Virus record (IMG/VR): IMGVR_UViG_3300021368_000027
Coordinates: 1-56,299 of that record
Reading direction: 5' to 3' (one strand)
DNA: 56,299 nucleotides
Source: a virus
Taxonomy: Duplodnaviria; Caudoviricetes
Below, piece after piece: positions 43,239 through 52,989 of this stretch. Numbering within the stretch: position 1 is the first letter of the stretch; each line of letters begins with the position of its first letter. The notes beneath the pieces are model-generated. The model saw only the letters and a program-made list of their open reading frames with translations. It ran no database searches and was not told where the DNA came from. Both the position numbers and the translations under genes were made by a program.

Positions 43239-44128
43239 TACGTATCTCCCCCTACATACAAGACTCTAGTAGCACTTCCTGTCATTCCAAAGTATTCTCT
43301 ACCATCATCCATATCGCCAAAATCTGTAGCGTTACCTGGTGTAGCTATTGTAATATAACTAACAGTATCTCTGAAGCCTCCTACGCCTGATGCATTACCA
43401 CCAGCAATTAAACCATATGTACTGTTTGCAGCACCTGCACATCCTTTACCATTCTCTGTAGCATCTCCAAAGTCTGTACCGTTTCCTAGAGTTGCTATCG
43501 TAACATACTCAATTCCGTTTGTATTAGCAACCGTAGTTACACCCCCACTAGTTAGATAACCTATTCCCATAGCCGTTACGCCGTAAGTACCATCACTAAA
43601 TCCTGCAGCAGAATATCTTGAATAGTATAGATCACCAAAATCTTGGGAGTTTCCTGTGGTTGCTATAGTAATATATTGATAATTTTCTTTTGTTACAGAT
43701 CCACCAGAAACTACTCCTCTAGTTCCATTGCTAAATGCACATGAGTTTTGAGTCTCATACAACATATCTCCAAAGTCTGTAGCGTTTCCAGGTGATGTTA
43801 TATCAAAGTAAGACATTTGATGATACGTACCGCCATCACCACCAGTCTGATATCCACCAAATATAACTGCTCTGTCACCAGAATAAGTACCACCACCACT
43901 ACTACCACCAGAACCAGTTAACTCTTTGAACTCTCCATCTATATATCTATATATCTTCTCGTTAGCACTATCCCACCAGAAGTCACCAGTCTCACCGTCT
44001 GTAGGTTGTGTCTCACTAGCTGTATATCCTTGTTCTACACCAGCGCCTCCTACCTTTAACTTATTAGGCATATCTATGGCGCTGGTAGCAGTCTCATGTT
44101 CTATTGTATCTACTTTTAAAGTACTCAT
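43238..44128 (-). CDS. GNATDFGD-repeat protein 2, N-terminal part (4 repeats)
   Basis: MSTLKVDTI N-terminus, GDFWWDS motif, repeats; stops mid-repeat just after a G5 run. Confidence 0.7.
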   Translation of the reverse strand: MSTLKVDTIEHETATSAIDMPNKLKVGGAGVEQGYTASETQPTDGETGDFWWDSANEKIYRYIDGEFKELTGSGGSSGGGTYSGDRAVIFGGYQTGGDGGTYHQMSYFDITSPGNATDFGDMLYETQNSCAFSNGTRGVVSGGSVTKENYQYITIATTGNSQDFGDLYYSRYSAAGFSDGTYGVTAMGIGYLTSGGVTTVANTNGIEYVTIATLGNGTDFGDATENGKGCAGAANSTYGLIAGGNASGVGGFRDTVSYITIATPGNATDFGDMDDGREYFGMTGSATRVLYVGGDT

Positions 44129-44136
44129 AATCGTTC

Positions 44137-45267
44137 CTATGCTATAGCTAGAAATATTGTATTGTCAATGTCAAATGTTCCGCTTCCTGAAGGGAGTTGA
44201 AAGCAAAGCCTTATAATTTCACCTCCACTAAAAGTGTAAGCAGGACTTCTCATAACGTATTCGTCATACCTACTTGCACCACTGGTTTCTACATAATGAT
44301 AATATGTTCCAGCTTGTTGAGGTACTCTTAATATACTAGTATTAGAAGGGGCAGGTAGTACAATAGAAGTATTGTATGCTGTAGATATACCATCTGCCAT
44401 GCCAGTATAAGTAGAACTTGTACCTGAAGCCCTGTTCCATCTCCTAGCATATGAGCTAGAGGAGTACATACTTGAGTAACTTGCACCAGTGGCTGTACTT
44501 AAAGGAGCGAAACCTATAGCACTACTGTTTCTTATCCTAGCAGTTACTGTAGTATAACCTTCCGTACCTGCAGAGAATATATCAGCCCTTAGTACAGAAT
44601 TGCCAGCAGAGTTAAGTATTTGAACACCTGCAACAGTAATATCATTTCTATAACTGGTTGGATGTGTACATTTACAGCCTATATATATTCTCTTACTTCC
44701 ACTAGCATTAGCAGGTACAGTAAAGTCGTGAGTATCGTATGGTTGAGTAGTATCACCAGAACTGGTATAAGTAATTGTTGTCGCAGGTGTGGCTGCTATA
44801 AATTGTGTTGTTATATTAATAACAAAATTTGCCATAGACACAACAGGCGAACTTGCAATTATAGGACCAGAAGTGCTACCAGTTCTATAGTCTAGATAAA
44901 ACGTTTCAGTACTTTCTGAGGTAGTATCTGTTTTTGTTTCTATTGCTATGGTACTTGAACTGCTACCTAATTCTACCGAACCACTAGCAGCGCTTAAAAA
45001 GTCTGATGCTGAAGAACTACCATTATAGTTCATAGTCCAATAAATAGTGCCTGAAGAATGATAGTTGCTGCCAATAGTAAATGTTACTATATCTCCTTCA
45101 GTAATACTAGTACTACTTGCTGTATTTGTATCAAGTACAATAGGATTAGGCCACTGTTTATTTAGTGAATATGTATGCTGATCATATAAATCACTAATTT
45201 TAGCAGTAGAACTATCAAGAGGAGCAATAGTCTGTTTTGGTCCTATTATGGCTGAGTTTCTTCTCAC
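44137..45267 (-). CDS. Virion structural / adhesin-like protein with Calx-beta-like domain
   Basis: ITEGDIVTFT...ASDF...D.T.E.TETF.L..RTGSTSG; S/T-rich beta protein. Confidence 0.6.
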   Translation of the reverse strand: MRRNSAIIGPKQTIAPLDSSTAKISDLYDQHTYSLNKQWPNPIVLDTNTASSTSITEGDIVTFTIGSNYHSSGTIYWTMNYNGSSSASDFLSAASGSVELGSSSSTIAIETKTDTTSESTETFYLDYRTGSTSGPIIASSPVVSMANFVINITTQFIAATPATTITYTSSGDTTQPYDTHDFTVPANASGSKRIYIGCKCTHPTSYRNDITVAGVQILNSAGNSVLRADIFSAGTEGYTTVTARIRNSSAIGFAPLSTATGASYSSMYSSSSYARRWNRASGTSSTYTGMADGISTAYNTSIVLPAPSNTSILRVPQQAGTYYHYVETSGASRYDEYVMRSPAYTFSGGEIIRLCFQLPSGSGTFDIDNTIFLAIA

Positions 45268-45271
45268 TTAA

Positions 45272-46276
45272 CTAAACCTTTGTGATTGTAACATATCCAT
45301 GACCTCTCGTAGAAGCAACGGTATTAGTTTGGTTAGAACCGTTGTTTACGCTTCCTCCACCTCCTCCCATGCAATTTCCTGATGAAGAATTTTGACTTCC
45401 TGTGCCACCTCCAGAGTATCCTCCTCCACCGCCACAGCCACGGAAACCAGTTCTCTGAGTGAATCCACCACCCCCAAAAGGCCCATCACGACCATCATCG
45501 GGGTGAGTGCCTAGAGCGCCTTCTGCTCCATTAACAAAAGCATCCCCTCCATAGCCAAATCCAGTAGATTGTGAGTTATATGCACCATTAGTTAAAAAGC
45601 CACCACCGCCTGTGGCACGATTTGTAGAGCTACCACCAGATCCATTTGTACCGCCATTTGAACTACTAGTAGCACCATAACCGTTACCTCCACTAGTGCT
45701 TAACTGACCATTTTTGCGGTTGTATGGGTTAGATACTGCTGTAACATTATAAGAATCTCCTCCTCCACCTCCTGCTACAATCAAAGCATTACTGAGAGCC
45801 GTATAAGGTGCTTCAACTACAAAAGATCCTCCCCCACCAGTACCATTAATATAAGTGGGGTATTGTGTTAGTCCTTCTTGTCCTACAACAATTTTTATAA
45901 CCGCACCTTGAGATAAAGTAAAAGTTCCTGTATAGTCTGCGCCATACCCAGAATATGGACCTCCTCCACTTGCCCCCACACATTGTATAGTATAAGCACC
46001 ATTAGCAGGAACAGTCCACTCTTGGATACCACGAGTGGTAGCATTGAGATAAGCTGTGTTTTGAGTCCATGATTCTGCAGAATAAGCTGTTTGAAGGTCC
46101 GATAAAGTTGGGCCTAATCTGCCAGTGTCACCTGCATTTGTAAATGTAAACGAGCTAAATGCGTACAAACCATCGCCTACTATATGCCCTGTTACCACGT
46201 CAAATTTGCCAGCTTTAGTAGGAGCAGCTATATCACTTCCAATATAACTTCCAAAGCGATGATAATTAAATGGCAT
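45272..46276 (-). CDS. Glycine-rich virion protein (ALK/LTK-like Gly-rich pattern)
   Basis: GIQEWTVP..G.Y.I...GASGG, IVVGQ.G, GGGGSF, VAGGGGG, GGGGGYSGG, G.VTIT. Confidence 0.7.
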   Translation of the reverse strand: MPFNYHRFGSYIGSDIAAPTKAGKFDVVTGHIVGDGLYAFSSFTFTNAGDTGRLGPTLSDLQTAYSAESWTQNTAYLNATTRGIQEWTVPANGAYTIQCVGASGGGPYSGYGADYTGTFTLSQGAVIKIVVGQEGLTQYPTYINGTGGGGSFVVEAPYTALSNALIVAGGGGGDSYNVTAVSNPYNRKNGQLSTSGGNGYGATSSSNGGTNGSGGSSTNRATGGGGFLTNGAYNSQSTGFGYGGDAFVNGAEGALGTHPDDGRDGPFGGGGFTQRTGFRGCGGGGGYSGGGTGSQNSSSGNCMGGGGGSVNNGSNQTNTVASTRGHGYVTITKV

Positions 46277-46283
46277 TATTCAC

Positions 46284-46652
46284 CTATGCGTCATCAAGCT
46301 CTTCGTAAGAGATAACAATATGTGCATCACTGTTTGCACTTGCTCCTGCTTTTATTTCATCACCCTCTTCTAAATAGATAGATGTATCTTTACTAATAAC
46401 AACTAAAGTAGATTTTGCTGGAACTGTGATTAAATTTGCAAGCCCTCTTTGTGATCCAGCACTGTTATCCATAAATAATACTGTAACATCAACGTCATTA
46501 CTTCCATCTACGTTTGCACAAACGATAGTATTTATCTTTAATACTTTGTTACTAGGACACACTAATTGAGTTGTCGTTACTGTTGTGTTTAATGCGTTAC
46601 TATACGTTTTGCCGTATATACTTGATACATTTACTATATTTGGTGCTGCCAT
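46284..46652 (-). CDS. Small conserved tail-associated protein
   Basis: MAAPNIVNVSSIYGKT...VPAKSTL...IYLEEGD...SYEE. Confidence 0.7.
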   Translation of the reverse strand: MAAPNIVNVSSIYGKTYSNALNTTVTTTQLVCPSNKVLKINTIVCANVDGSNDVDVTVLFMDNSAGSQRGLANLITVPAKSTLVVISKDTSIYLEEGDEIKAGASANSDAHIVISYEELDDA

Positions 46653-46665
46653 TGTTTGACCTTTC

Positions 46666-48900
46666 CTATCCGAATACTATTGCCATTGCTATGGCTTTAC
46701 CTGTTGAGAACGTGGGTACTGTTGCTGTACCAACTCCAATTACATGACCATTAGAATCTACTGTAACATCTTGAATAAACGTAGTTCCTGAATTGTTTGA
46801 TGAGCCTTGATTTGAAATAATAGGGTGTGCTGTTAAATATCCTGCACTAGCATGATCTCCCCAACTATACGCTGTATCCCAATTAGAGGAATTATCTGTT
46901 GTAGTACTATAAGAGCCAGAGCCTGTACGTGTCATAATGCCGTTAGAGCTAAAGTCACCATCCATAACAGCACCAGCAGCAGCAACATTTGTTGCGTCTG
47001 TGACATCTGCTGATGTCTCTACACCATCTAATTTAGTCTTATCTGCAGCAGACATAAACCCATCTGCAGAGGTAGTAGCATTAGCTGCAGTAGCACTAAT
47101 TGTAATATCAGCAGATCCATCAAACGATGCAGAACCTGTAATATCACCACTTAATCCTATGCTTCTAGCAGTAGCTAATGTAGTTGCTGTAGTAGCATTA
47201 CCACTCACATTACCTGTAACATTACCAGTTAAGTTACCTTCTACGCTATCTAGTTTAAGTAAACCGAAAGACGTAGATGCGTCAGCTAAGTTTATTGCGC
47301 CTGATGGCGTGGGATCATACTCATCTAACAGTGTCCACTTATCTTCTGATACATCATAGAACAGACCCATATGAGTATATCCAACACCTGATGTACCAGT
47401 GTTTCTATTAGAAAAGAATCCTGTATCTACTAGTACTGGACCTGCTACACCTGTCCAAGTATCGTTTAATGTGTGGCCTGTAGTTGCACCAAACTTTACA
47501 GATATGTTATCTGCACTGTGTATCATTTGCTCGTTGCCAGTGATAGCATTACCAGTAGATATAGTAGTATTAAAGTTGTCTGTACTTACAGCAAATGTAT
47601 CTGGTGTGCCTGTACCATCAATCTTTACATAGTAGGTTGTAGAAGTTGTACCTGTAAAGTGTCCTGAAAAGAAAGCGTCATCTAAGCCTGTACCACTAAA
47701 AGTAGTATTAGCATCACCAATGGCATCACCTTCATTGGCACGATAGAAGGGCGCACCTGCAGTAACATCTGATGTACTTGTTGATGTAGTTGTACCCAAT
47801 ACAGATAAGTTACCACCTACAATAAGATCATCACCTATATGTGCATCTGTTCTGACTCTGAAGGAGTTAACTGAGTGGTTCTGTTGATTTATTAGTAGTA
47901 TACCATTTGTAGAATCAGAGTTAACTACCCACCCAAGGCACATAGGATAGTTAGGATAAGTTGGTGAAGCATTTTGTACAGCCCCAGGAGTTAATCCTAC
48001 AAAAAAGTTTGTACCTGCTGTAAGGCCACTAGTGTCTACTCCATGCAACTGTCCTGCAATAATACAGTAACCGTAGCTATTATTAGGTATGTCTGCTGCT
48101 GCTAAACCTTGTGCGGTGTATGCGTTAACATCTGTAGCGTCTGCTAAACCAACAGTAGGAACATCAAGAGAACCTGCTGTGTAGTTACCTGAGAAGTACA
48201 AGGGTTTACCTTTACCTATTGTAGCACCTGTACTATTGTATACACGTTGATGTTCTTCTAAGCCTAACTCATGTACAACATTCTGTGTATCTGAATAGTA
48301 ACTTAAAGTTTTAGTGCTAGTGTCATACCATACTCTACCCTCAGAAAAGGATGGTACTGACCCTTGACTTGTCATATCAATATGAGTGCCTACATTTACT
48401 TCACCTGTAGCCGTAGCATTAACAAAGCTTGGACTGTCCGTTGTAGCTAGTCCTTGATTTATGGCCTTTACTGCAGTTTCATCTGTTAACTCACTATCCA
48501 TAACAGCACCTGCTGCTTGGACATTTGTAGCATCTGTTACATCAGCGCTGGTTTCAATACCAGTTAATTTAGTTTGCTCTGCATCAGTAAAGGCGTTGGT
48601 GTCTGCGTTATTCTCGTAAGCAGTCTTTATCTCTGCATCTGTCTGGTCTGCAGTAGCAGCAGTCTCTATACCAGCTAGTTTAGTTTCTTCTGCTGTTGTA
48701 AAAGAAGCTGTAGTATTATCTAATACACTTGATTGTGTTTGTGCGCCAAGAGTAGTTCTAGCAGTACCTGCATCTGAATCATCAAGAACTGTAGAAGCAA
48801 ATGCACTTATGGTGGTATTAGAAGGTACGTTTAACTCTTTTAAATCAGCTAAGTCTCCACCAGCAAGATCACCTAATAGTCTATTCTTTGATTTTGTCAT
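46666..48900 (-). CDS. Long tail fibre protein
   Basis: 744 aa; TKLxG(I/V)ET repeats, GNVT repeats, LATARSI.LSGD..GS.SFDGS module, C-terminal GKAIAMAIVFG. Confidence 0.8.
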   Translation of the reverse strand: MTKSKNRLLGDLAGGDLADLKELNVPSNTTISAFASTVLDDSDAGTARTTLGAQTQSSVLDNTTASFTTAEETKLAGIETAATADQTDAEIKTAYENNADTNAFTDAEQTKLTGIETSADVTDATNVQAAGAVMDSELTDETAVKAINQGLATTDSPSFVNATATGEVNVGTHIDMTSQGSVPSFSEGRVWYDTSTKTLSYYSDTQNVVHELGLEEHQRVYNSTGATIGKGKPLYFSGNYTAGSLDVPTVGLADATDVNAYTAQGLAAADIPNNSYGYCIIAGQLHGVDTSGLTAGTNFFVGLTPGAVQNASPTYPNYPMCLGWVVNSDSTNGILLINQQNHSVNSFRVRTDAHIGDDLIVGGNLSVLGTTTSTSTSDVTAGAPFYRANEGDAIGDANTTFSGTGLDDAFFSGHFTGTTSTTYYVKIDGTGTPDTFAVSTDNFNTTISTGNAITGNEQMIHSADNISVKFGATTGHTLNDTWTGVAGPVLVDTGFFSNRNTGTSGVGYTHMGLFYDVSEDKWTLLDEYDPTPSGAINLADASTSFGLLKLDSVEGNLTGNVTGNVSGNATTATTLATARSIGLSGDITGSASFDGSADITISATAANATTSADGFMSAADKTKLDGVETSADVTDATNVAAAGAVMDGDFSSNGIMTRTGSGSYSTTTDNSSNWDTAYSWGDHASAGYLTAHPIISNQGSSNNSGTTFIQDVTVDSNGHVIGVGTATVPTFSTGKAIAMAIVFG

Positions 48901-50378
48901 GATGCGTTTCCTGATGCTCCATTTGGTCTTTCATTTGCCTGTGTCAAATCTCCATGATCTGTAGCATTGCCTGGAGTCTGAACAGTAACTCTGTCTATAT
49001 TTACTGAGATGCTTCCACCCACATTGCCTCCTGCAGCACATGCATATGTTCCATCTGATGAACCTGCTCTTTGGTCACCATAATTTGTTAAGTCTCCAAA
49101 ATCTGTAGAATTACCTGTTGTTTGTATTGTGATGTATTCTATAGCGTCTGACCAATTATTAGAGTTGCCAGAACCTGTACGTCTGCCTCCCATAATTAAC
49201 ATTCTAGTAGAATCTCCTGCGCCTTCTCCTCTTTTCCAAGTCGCTAAAAGATCTCCAAAGTCTGATGCATTGGCACTGCTTTGTATAGTAAAGTATTGTA
49301 TCTGATTGGTATCTGGAGATTCTCCTCCAGCAAGAACTCCTCTTGTAGCATCGTTCCATCCAGCCATATTAGCTCTATTTGCAGACAAAACAGCACCTAG
49401 ATCTGTAGCATTACCTGTGGTAGCTATCGTAATATACTCTATGTTAGATGTATAAGAACTACTAGTATCACTATAACCACCACACATACAACCTCTAGTA
49501 CTATCACTTACTGCTGTTGCTGTATATATAGATTCTGTCATATCACCAAAGTCTGTAGCATTACCAGGTGTAGAAACTGTTACATACTCTATGTTGTTAA
49601 TCGCCCCAAAACCGCTACCTGTTTTATATCCACCTGCTTTAAATGCTCTAGTACCACTTGATGCAGCACTAGCTCCATATTCAGCCTGTATTAAATCACC
49701 AAAGTCTGTGGCGTTACCAGTTGCAGATATATCATAATAGTCTATTGTGTTTGTGGCTGTAGCTGGAGAACTACTAGCTATATTACCACCAAACCTTAAT
49801 GCTCTAGTACCGCCCCAAGATATGCCTGAACTGCTACTACCACTACTAGTACCTATAGCTTTGAACTGACTATCTAAGTAGAACTTAACTTCACCATCCC
49901 ACAACATAGCACCATTATTAGGGTCAGACGTTGTAACGCTGGAACCCATACCATCACCATGTACGGTGCAATAATATGTCAATCCTGTTAAAGGTGCATC
50001 AGCAGCTACAGCAAAAGTAACAGTTGCACCAGCCGTACCAGCAGTGCCTGAAGATGTAACTCCTGTGGTGTAGGACGTACCAGCATTCTTGAAAGCTAAA
50101 GGGTGATTGGAATTACTAGAATCACTAACATCAAACGTGTATGTTACTCCTCTTAGTAATGTTATCGTTGGAGTAGTTACACCATCTATGGCATACTTAT
50201 TGCCTCCATCACTTACCACAGTAACTACTCTGGTAGTTGTGTCATATTGATATGTGTTTATTGTACTTAGTGCAGATCCTGAAGAGTGTGTAGGGGCTAC
50301 AGGAAAGTTAGGCTTACCTGTTCCAGCTACATTTACTATGTTATCTACTTTAATCTCTGTCATTACAATACTACCCAT
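48897..50378 (-). CDS. GNATDFGD-repeat protein 1 with cupredoxin-like insertion
   Basis: EIKVDNI N-terminus (start may be ATG 50363); LLRGVTYTFD...HPL...YYCTVHGDGMG; six repeats; ends SGNAS. Confidence 0.75.
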   Translation of the reverse strand: MGSIVMTEIKVDNIVNVAGTGKPNFPVAPTHSSGSALSTINTYQYDTTTRVVTVVSDGGNKYAIDGVTTPTITLLRGVTYTFDVSDSSNSNHPLAFKNAGTSYTTGVTSSGTAGTAGATVTFAVAADAPLTGLTYYCTVHGDGMGSSVTTSDPNNGAMLWDGEVKFYLDSQFKAIGTSSGSSSSGISWGGTRALRFGGNIASSSPATATNTIDYYDISATGNATDFGDLIQAEYGASAASSGTRAFKAGGYKTGSGFGAINNIEYVTVSTPGNATDFGDMTESIYTATAVSDSTRGCMCGGYSDTSSSYTSNIEYITIATTGNATDLGAVLSANRANMAGWNDATRGVLAGGESPDTNQIQYFTIQSSANASDFGDLLATWKRGEGAGDSTRMLIMGGRRTGSGNSNNWSDAIEYITIQTTGNSTDFGDLTNYGDQRAGSSDGTYACAAGGNVGGSISVNIDRVTVQTPGNATDHGDLTQANERPNGASGNAS

Positions 50379-51172
50379 CTAGCATTTGTAGGAACCGTAA
50401 CTGTTACACCATTGTTTATAGTAATAGGTCCAACCGACACGGCATTTTTATTTGTTGATAGTGTATAATCAGTTGTAACAGTTGTTTGATTCTCATGAAA
50501 TACTTGATCTGACCCACCACCAGTAGCTCCACCACCGCCGCCAGCAACATCACTAAAACTAAGAGTACCACTACCATTCGTTGTTAATGCTTGTCCACTA
50601 CTACCATCAGTACCTGGTAATGTAAAGGTGTTAACAAAAGTACTTAGGTTAGTATTACCTATGCCATATTCAACAACTTCTACTTTATCCCCTGCGACAA
50701 CAGCATCATCTAATACCACAGATGTACCATTAGTTGCGGTATAATCTCCCTGTAAAAGTTTTACACCATTAAGGAATACTTCAATAGTGCCTACTAAGTA
50801 ATTGACAGTAAAGGTTGTTTGCCCTGCAGTGGCTGTAAATTCGTTAACTGTAAAAGCGTTTGAAGATAGTATTAAGTCTGATGAACTAGGGCTTATAAAT
50901 ACTAATGTATTATTACCACTAAGATTTAGTAAAGCGTTAGTAGAACTAGAACTTAGATTACGAGAAAGAGTCGTACCCGAATGTGTGTACACTCCAGTGC
51001 CAATCTCCCACGCATTATTGTTTAGGTCTTCTATTACATATCTTACAGTATCGCCATCTACAACACCACCAGCATAAAATGTTTGATATCCTGGAAAAGC
51101 ACTACCTAAAGTAATAGTGCCTGTACCTGTACTTGAGGTATAGACTTTTACTCTGTCTGCTAGGACTACCAT
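50363..51172 (-). CDS. Tail fibre proximal/anchor protein
   Basis: LADRVK..TSSTGTG, WEIG.G, ATAGQTTF...VFLNGVKL...DY, TLP..DG..GQ.L.TNGSG.LS, GPITI..GVTVTVP modules. Confidence 0.75.
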   Translation of the reverse strand: MVVLADRVKVYTSSTGTGTITLGSAFPGYQTFYAGGVVDGDTVRYVIEDLNNNAWEIGTGVYTHSGTTLSRNLSSSSTNALLNLSGNNTLVFISPSSSDLILSSNAFTVNEFTATAGQTTFTVNYLVGTIEVFLNGVKLLQGDYTATNGTSVVLDDAVVAGDKVEVVEYGIGNTNLSTFVNTFTLPGTDGSSGQALTTNGSGTLSFSDVAGGGGGATGGGSDQVFHENQTTVTTDYTLSTNKNAVSVGPITINNGVTVTVPTNARWVVL

Positions 51173-51184
51173 TTTATCTTACCT

Positions 51185-51622
51185 TTAGGCTATTCTTATT
51201 ACTGCGTTACTTGCATCTGCTGTTGGAAACACAATAGTAAAGTCACCGTTTGTTGAAGTAACAGTTGAACCAAAGTTAAATACTGCTATTGCTTTGTTAG
51301 ACTGTGATGAGTTATATATAATAGCACCATCTGCTGAAACTGTTGCATTAGAGAATACTTCATCTGCAAAGTCAACAAATGCTGTGCTTCCTGATAATGT
51401 TATTGTAGCGGAATCTAATACCTGACCACCTGCTGTATATCCAGCACCTGTAGCTTCATCAGTATTACCTGTTACATCAGAATAGTTTGTAGTGGCTGCA
51501 CCATATGTACCTGAATGCGAACCTTTGATGAGAGCTATCTTTAAACTATCTGTATCTAAATCATGCACACCCCCAAGTAGCTCTTCCTTGAAGCTGTTGC
51601 ACATTGCCGTTGTAATTGCCAT
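51185..51622 (-). CDS. Conserved virion structural protein
   Basis: MAITTAMCNSFKEELL...KIAL...GYTAGG.L...A.GA.IYN; directly after capsid. Confidence 0.7.
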   Translation of the reverse strand: MAITTAMCNSFKEELLGGVHDLDTDSLKIALIKGSHSGTYGAATTNYSDVTGNTDEATGAGYTAGGQVLDSATITLSGSTAFVDFADEVFSNATVSADGAIIYNSSQSNKAIAVFNFGSTVTSTNGDFTIVFPTADASNAVIRIA

Positions 51623-51651
51623 TTGAGAATGTCCTATACTGAGTTAAACGT

Positions 51652-51680
51652 ACAAAGAGGCCAGCATATAGCCAGCCTCT
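51652..51680 (-). terminator. Intrinsic terminator after major capsid gene
   Basis: AGAGGCTGGC-TATAT-GCTGGCCTCT-TTGT. Confidence 0.7.
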
Positions 51681-51695
51681 AAGTTTATATTATAA

Positions 51696-52769
51696 TTAAG
51701 CAGCGTTGTAAATAGCTGACACCAATGCTTCTGGGCGTAGAATTTTACGTCCGTAAAGGTGCATACCACGTACAATGTCTGCAAATGAGTCAGGATCTCT
51801 GTAGTTCTCAACTTTGTTGATCTGCTCTGCAGATGCAACTGCGTCTTCTTGACCGCCCAAGATCACACCATAGTTTGCGTCTTGTGCTAATGAACCTGAT
51901 GTACCTGCACCTGTACCTTTTGCAGGTAAGTTGTTAGATACATAGACTCTGAAGCCGTGTAAGTTGTTAACAGCTAGACCGTTTTGTAGACCTGATCCAC
52001 CGTAGTCTGAGTTTAGAAGACGTGAGTCCTCATCCTTCAAGATCTCCATGAATACTGGATCAACAACTAACCAACGTCCACGTGACTCCACGTTTGCTAC
52101 GTCCATTACACGAGCCATACGAGCGATGACTGTTAGTGGTGATACAACGTCTGATGAAAGAGTTGTAGCACCTGGTAGACGTGCAGCTAGTGGGATTGAG
52201 TCACCAGTAGCGTAAGCTGTTGATGCAGAGTCTGCAGAACCTAATTGACCCATGTCAGTAGCATCTAATTGGTTAGCTTTTAAAAATTCACCGTTTAGAT
52301 TGTTTGCTGTCGGGTGCTGTGCAGTACCTGATACGGTAGTGATTAATGCACCTGATGAGTCATAACCTGACATGTACTGTAGTAAGTCTGCGTCCATTGC
52401 GTCAGCCATTTTGTATGCTGCTCTGTCTGCAGCTAGGCTTACGAAATCAACAGATGCAAATTGATCTTCGATGTCATCCATTTTAAAAGCAAAGTAGTTA
52501 GCTTTGTCGATGGTTAACTGGAAGTCACTGTCATCTAGGTCTTGGACAGAGATGGCTGTTTTACGCTCAAGAGCGTTGACTGTTACATCAGGCTCTTTCT
52601 GGATGCGTACAACATCCCCTTGATTGGCAATCTCTCCAAAGTAGGAGTTGTTTGTGATTGCGTTGGCAACTGCTGCTTTTCTTAAAGCAATCTGTGCCTG
52701 TTTGGAATAGATAATCGGGCTAAAATTACCGTCAAATCCTGTTTTGCCAGAGGCAACTGCTATAGCCAT
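51696..52769 (-). CDS. Major capsid protein
   Basis: FSPIIYSK, YFGEIANQGDVVRI, L.IDKANYFAF..DDIE, GRWLVVDP, GF.VY.SNNLP, FADIVRGMHLYGRK; follows scaffold. Confidence 0.92.
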   Translation of the reverse strand: MAIAVASGKTGFDGNFSPIIYSKQAQIALRKAAVANAITNNSYFGEIANQGDVVRIQKEPDVTVNALERKTAISVQDLDDSDFQLTIDKANYFAFKMDDIEDQFASVDFVSLAADRAAYKMADAMDADLLQYMSGYDSSGALITTVSGTAQHPTANNLNGEFLKANQLDATDMGQLGSADSASTAYATGDSIPLAARLPGATTLSSDVVSPLTVIARMARVMDVANVESRGRWLVVDPVFMEILKDEDSRLLNSDYGGSGLQNGLAVNNLHGFRVYVSNNLPAKGTGAGTSGSLAQDANYGVILGGQEDAVASAEQINKVENYRDPDSFADIVRGMHLYGRKILRPEALVSAIYNAA

Positions 52770-52957
52770 AATTAATTCTCCTTATAGATATGGCGTGAAA
52801 ATTGACACTACATATCCACCATGAAGAGGCTCTTTGTATTAGGGTAGTCAACTTTGCTTCTAGGCTGCGCTGCCTGTCTGCGTTGGGCCTGTACTAGGAG
52901 GTAGTTCTTTAGTGTGGCTAGTGTTATTAAACATACACACTAATGCTGTGTATATGC
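52770..52957 (-). other. Long structured 5' leader of the capsid gene
   Basis: ~190 nt between promoter and ATG; hairpins GCATATACAC/GTGTGTATGT and GATATG/CATATC next to RBS AAGGAGA. Confidence 0.5.
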
Positions 52958-52961
52958 TATA

Positions 52962-52989
52962 GTTTTATTCATGATACATAGATTGTCAA
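52962..52989 (-). promoter_or_regulatory. Capsid promoter TTGACA-N16-TAAAAC
   Basis: TTGACA 52989-52984, TAAAAC 52967-52962. Confidence 0.7.

Noticed and set aside
41782-50378. Diversity-generating retroelement acting on the repeat proteins
   Set aside because: No reverse transcriptase ORF and no template/variable pair with adenine-specific differences seen; similarity is ordinary paralogy.
51644-51838. Alternative-frame ORF at the capsid 3' end (T7-like frameshift extension)
   Set aside because: No clear slippery heptamer near the capsid stop, the extension would be short and runs through the terminator.
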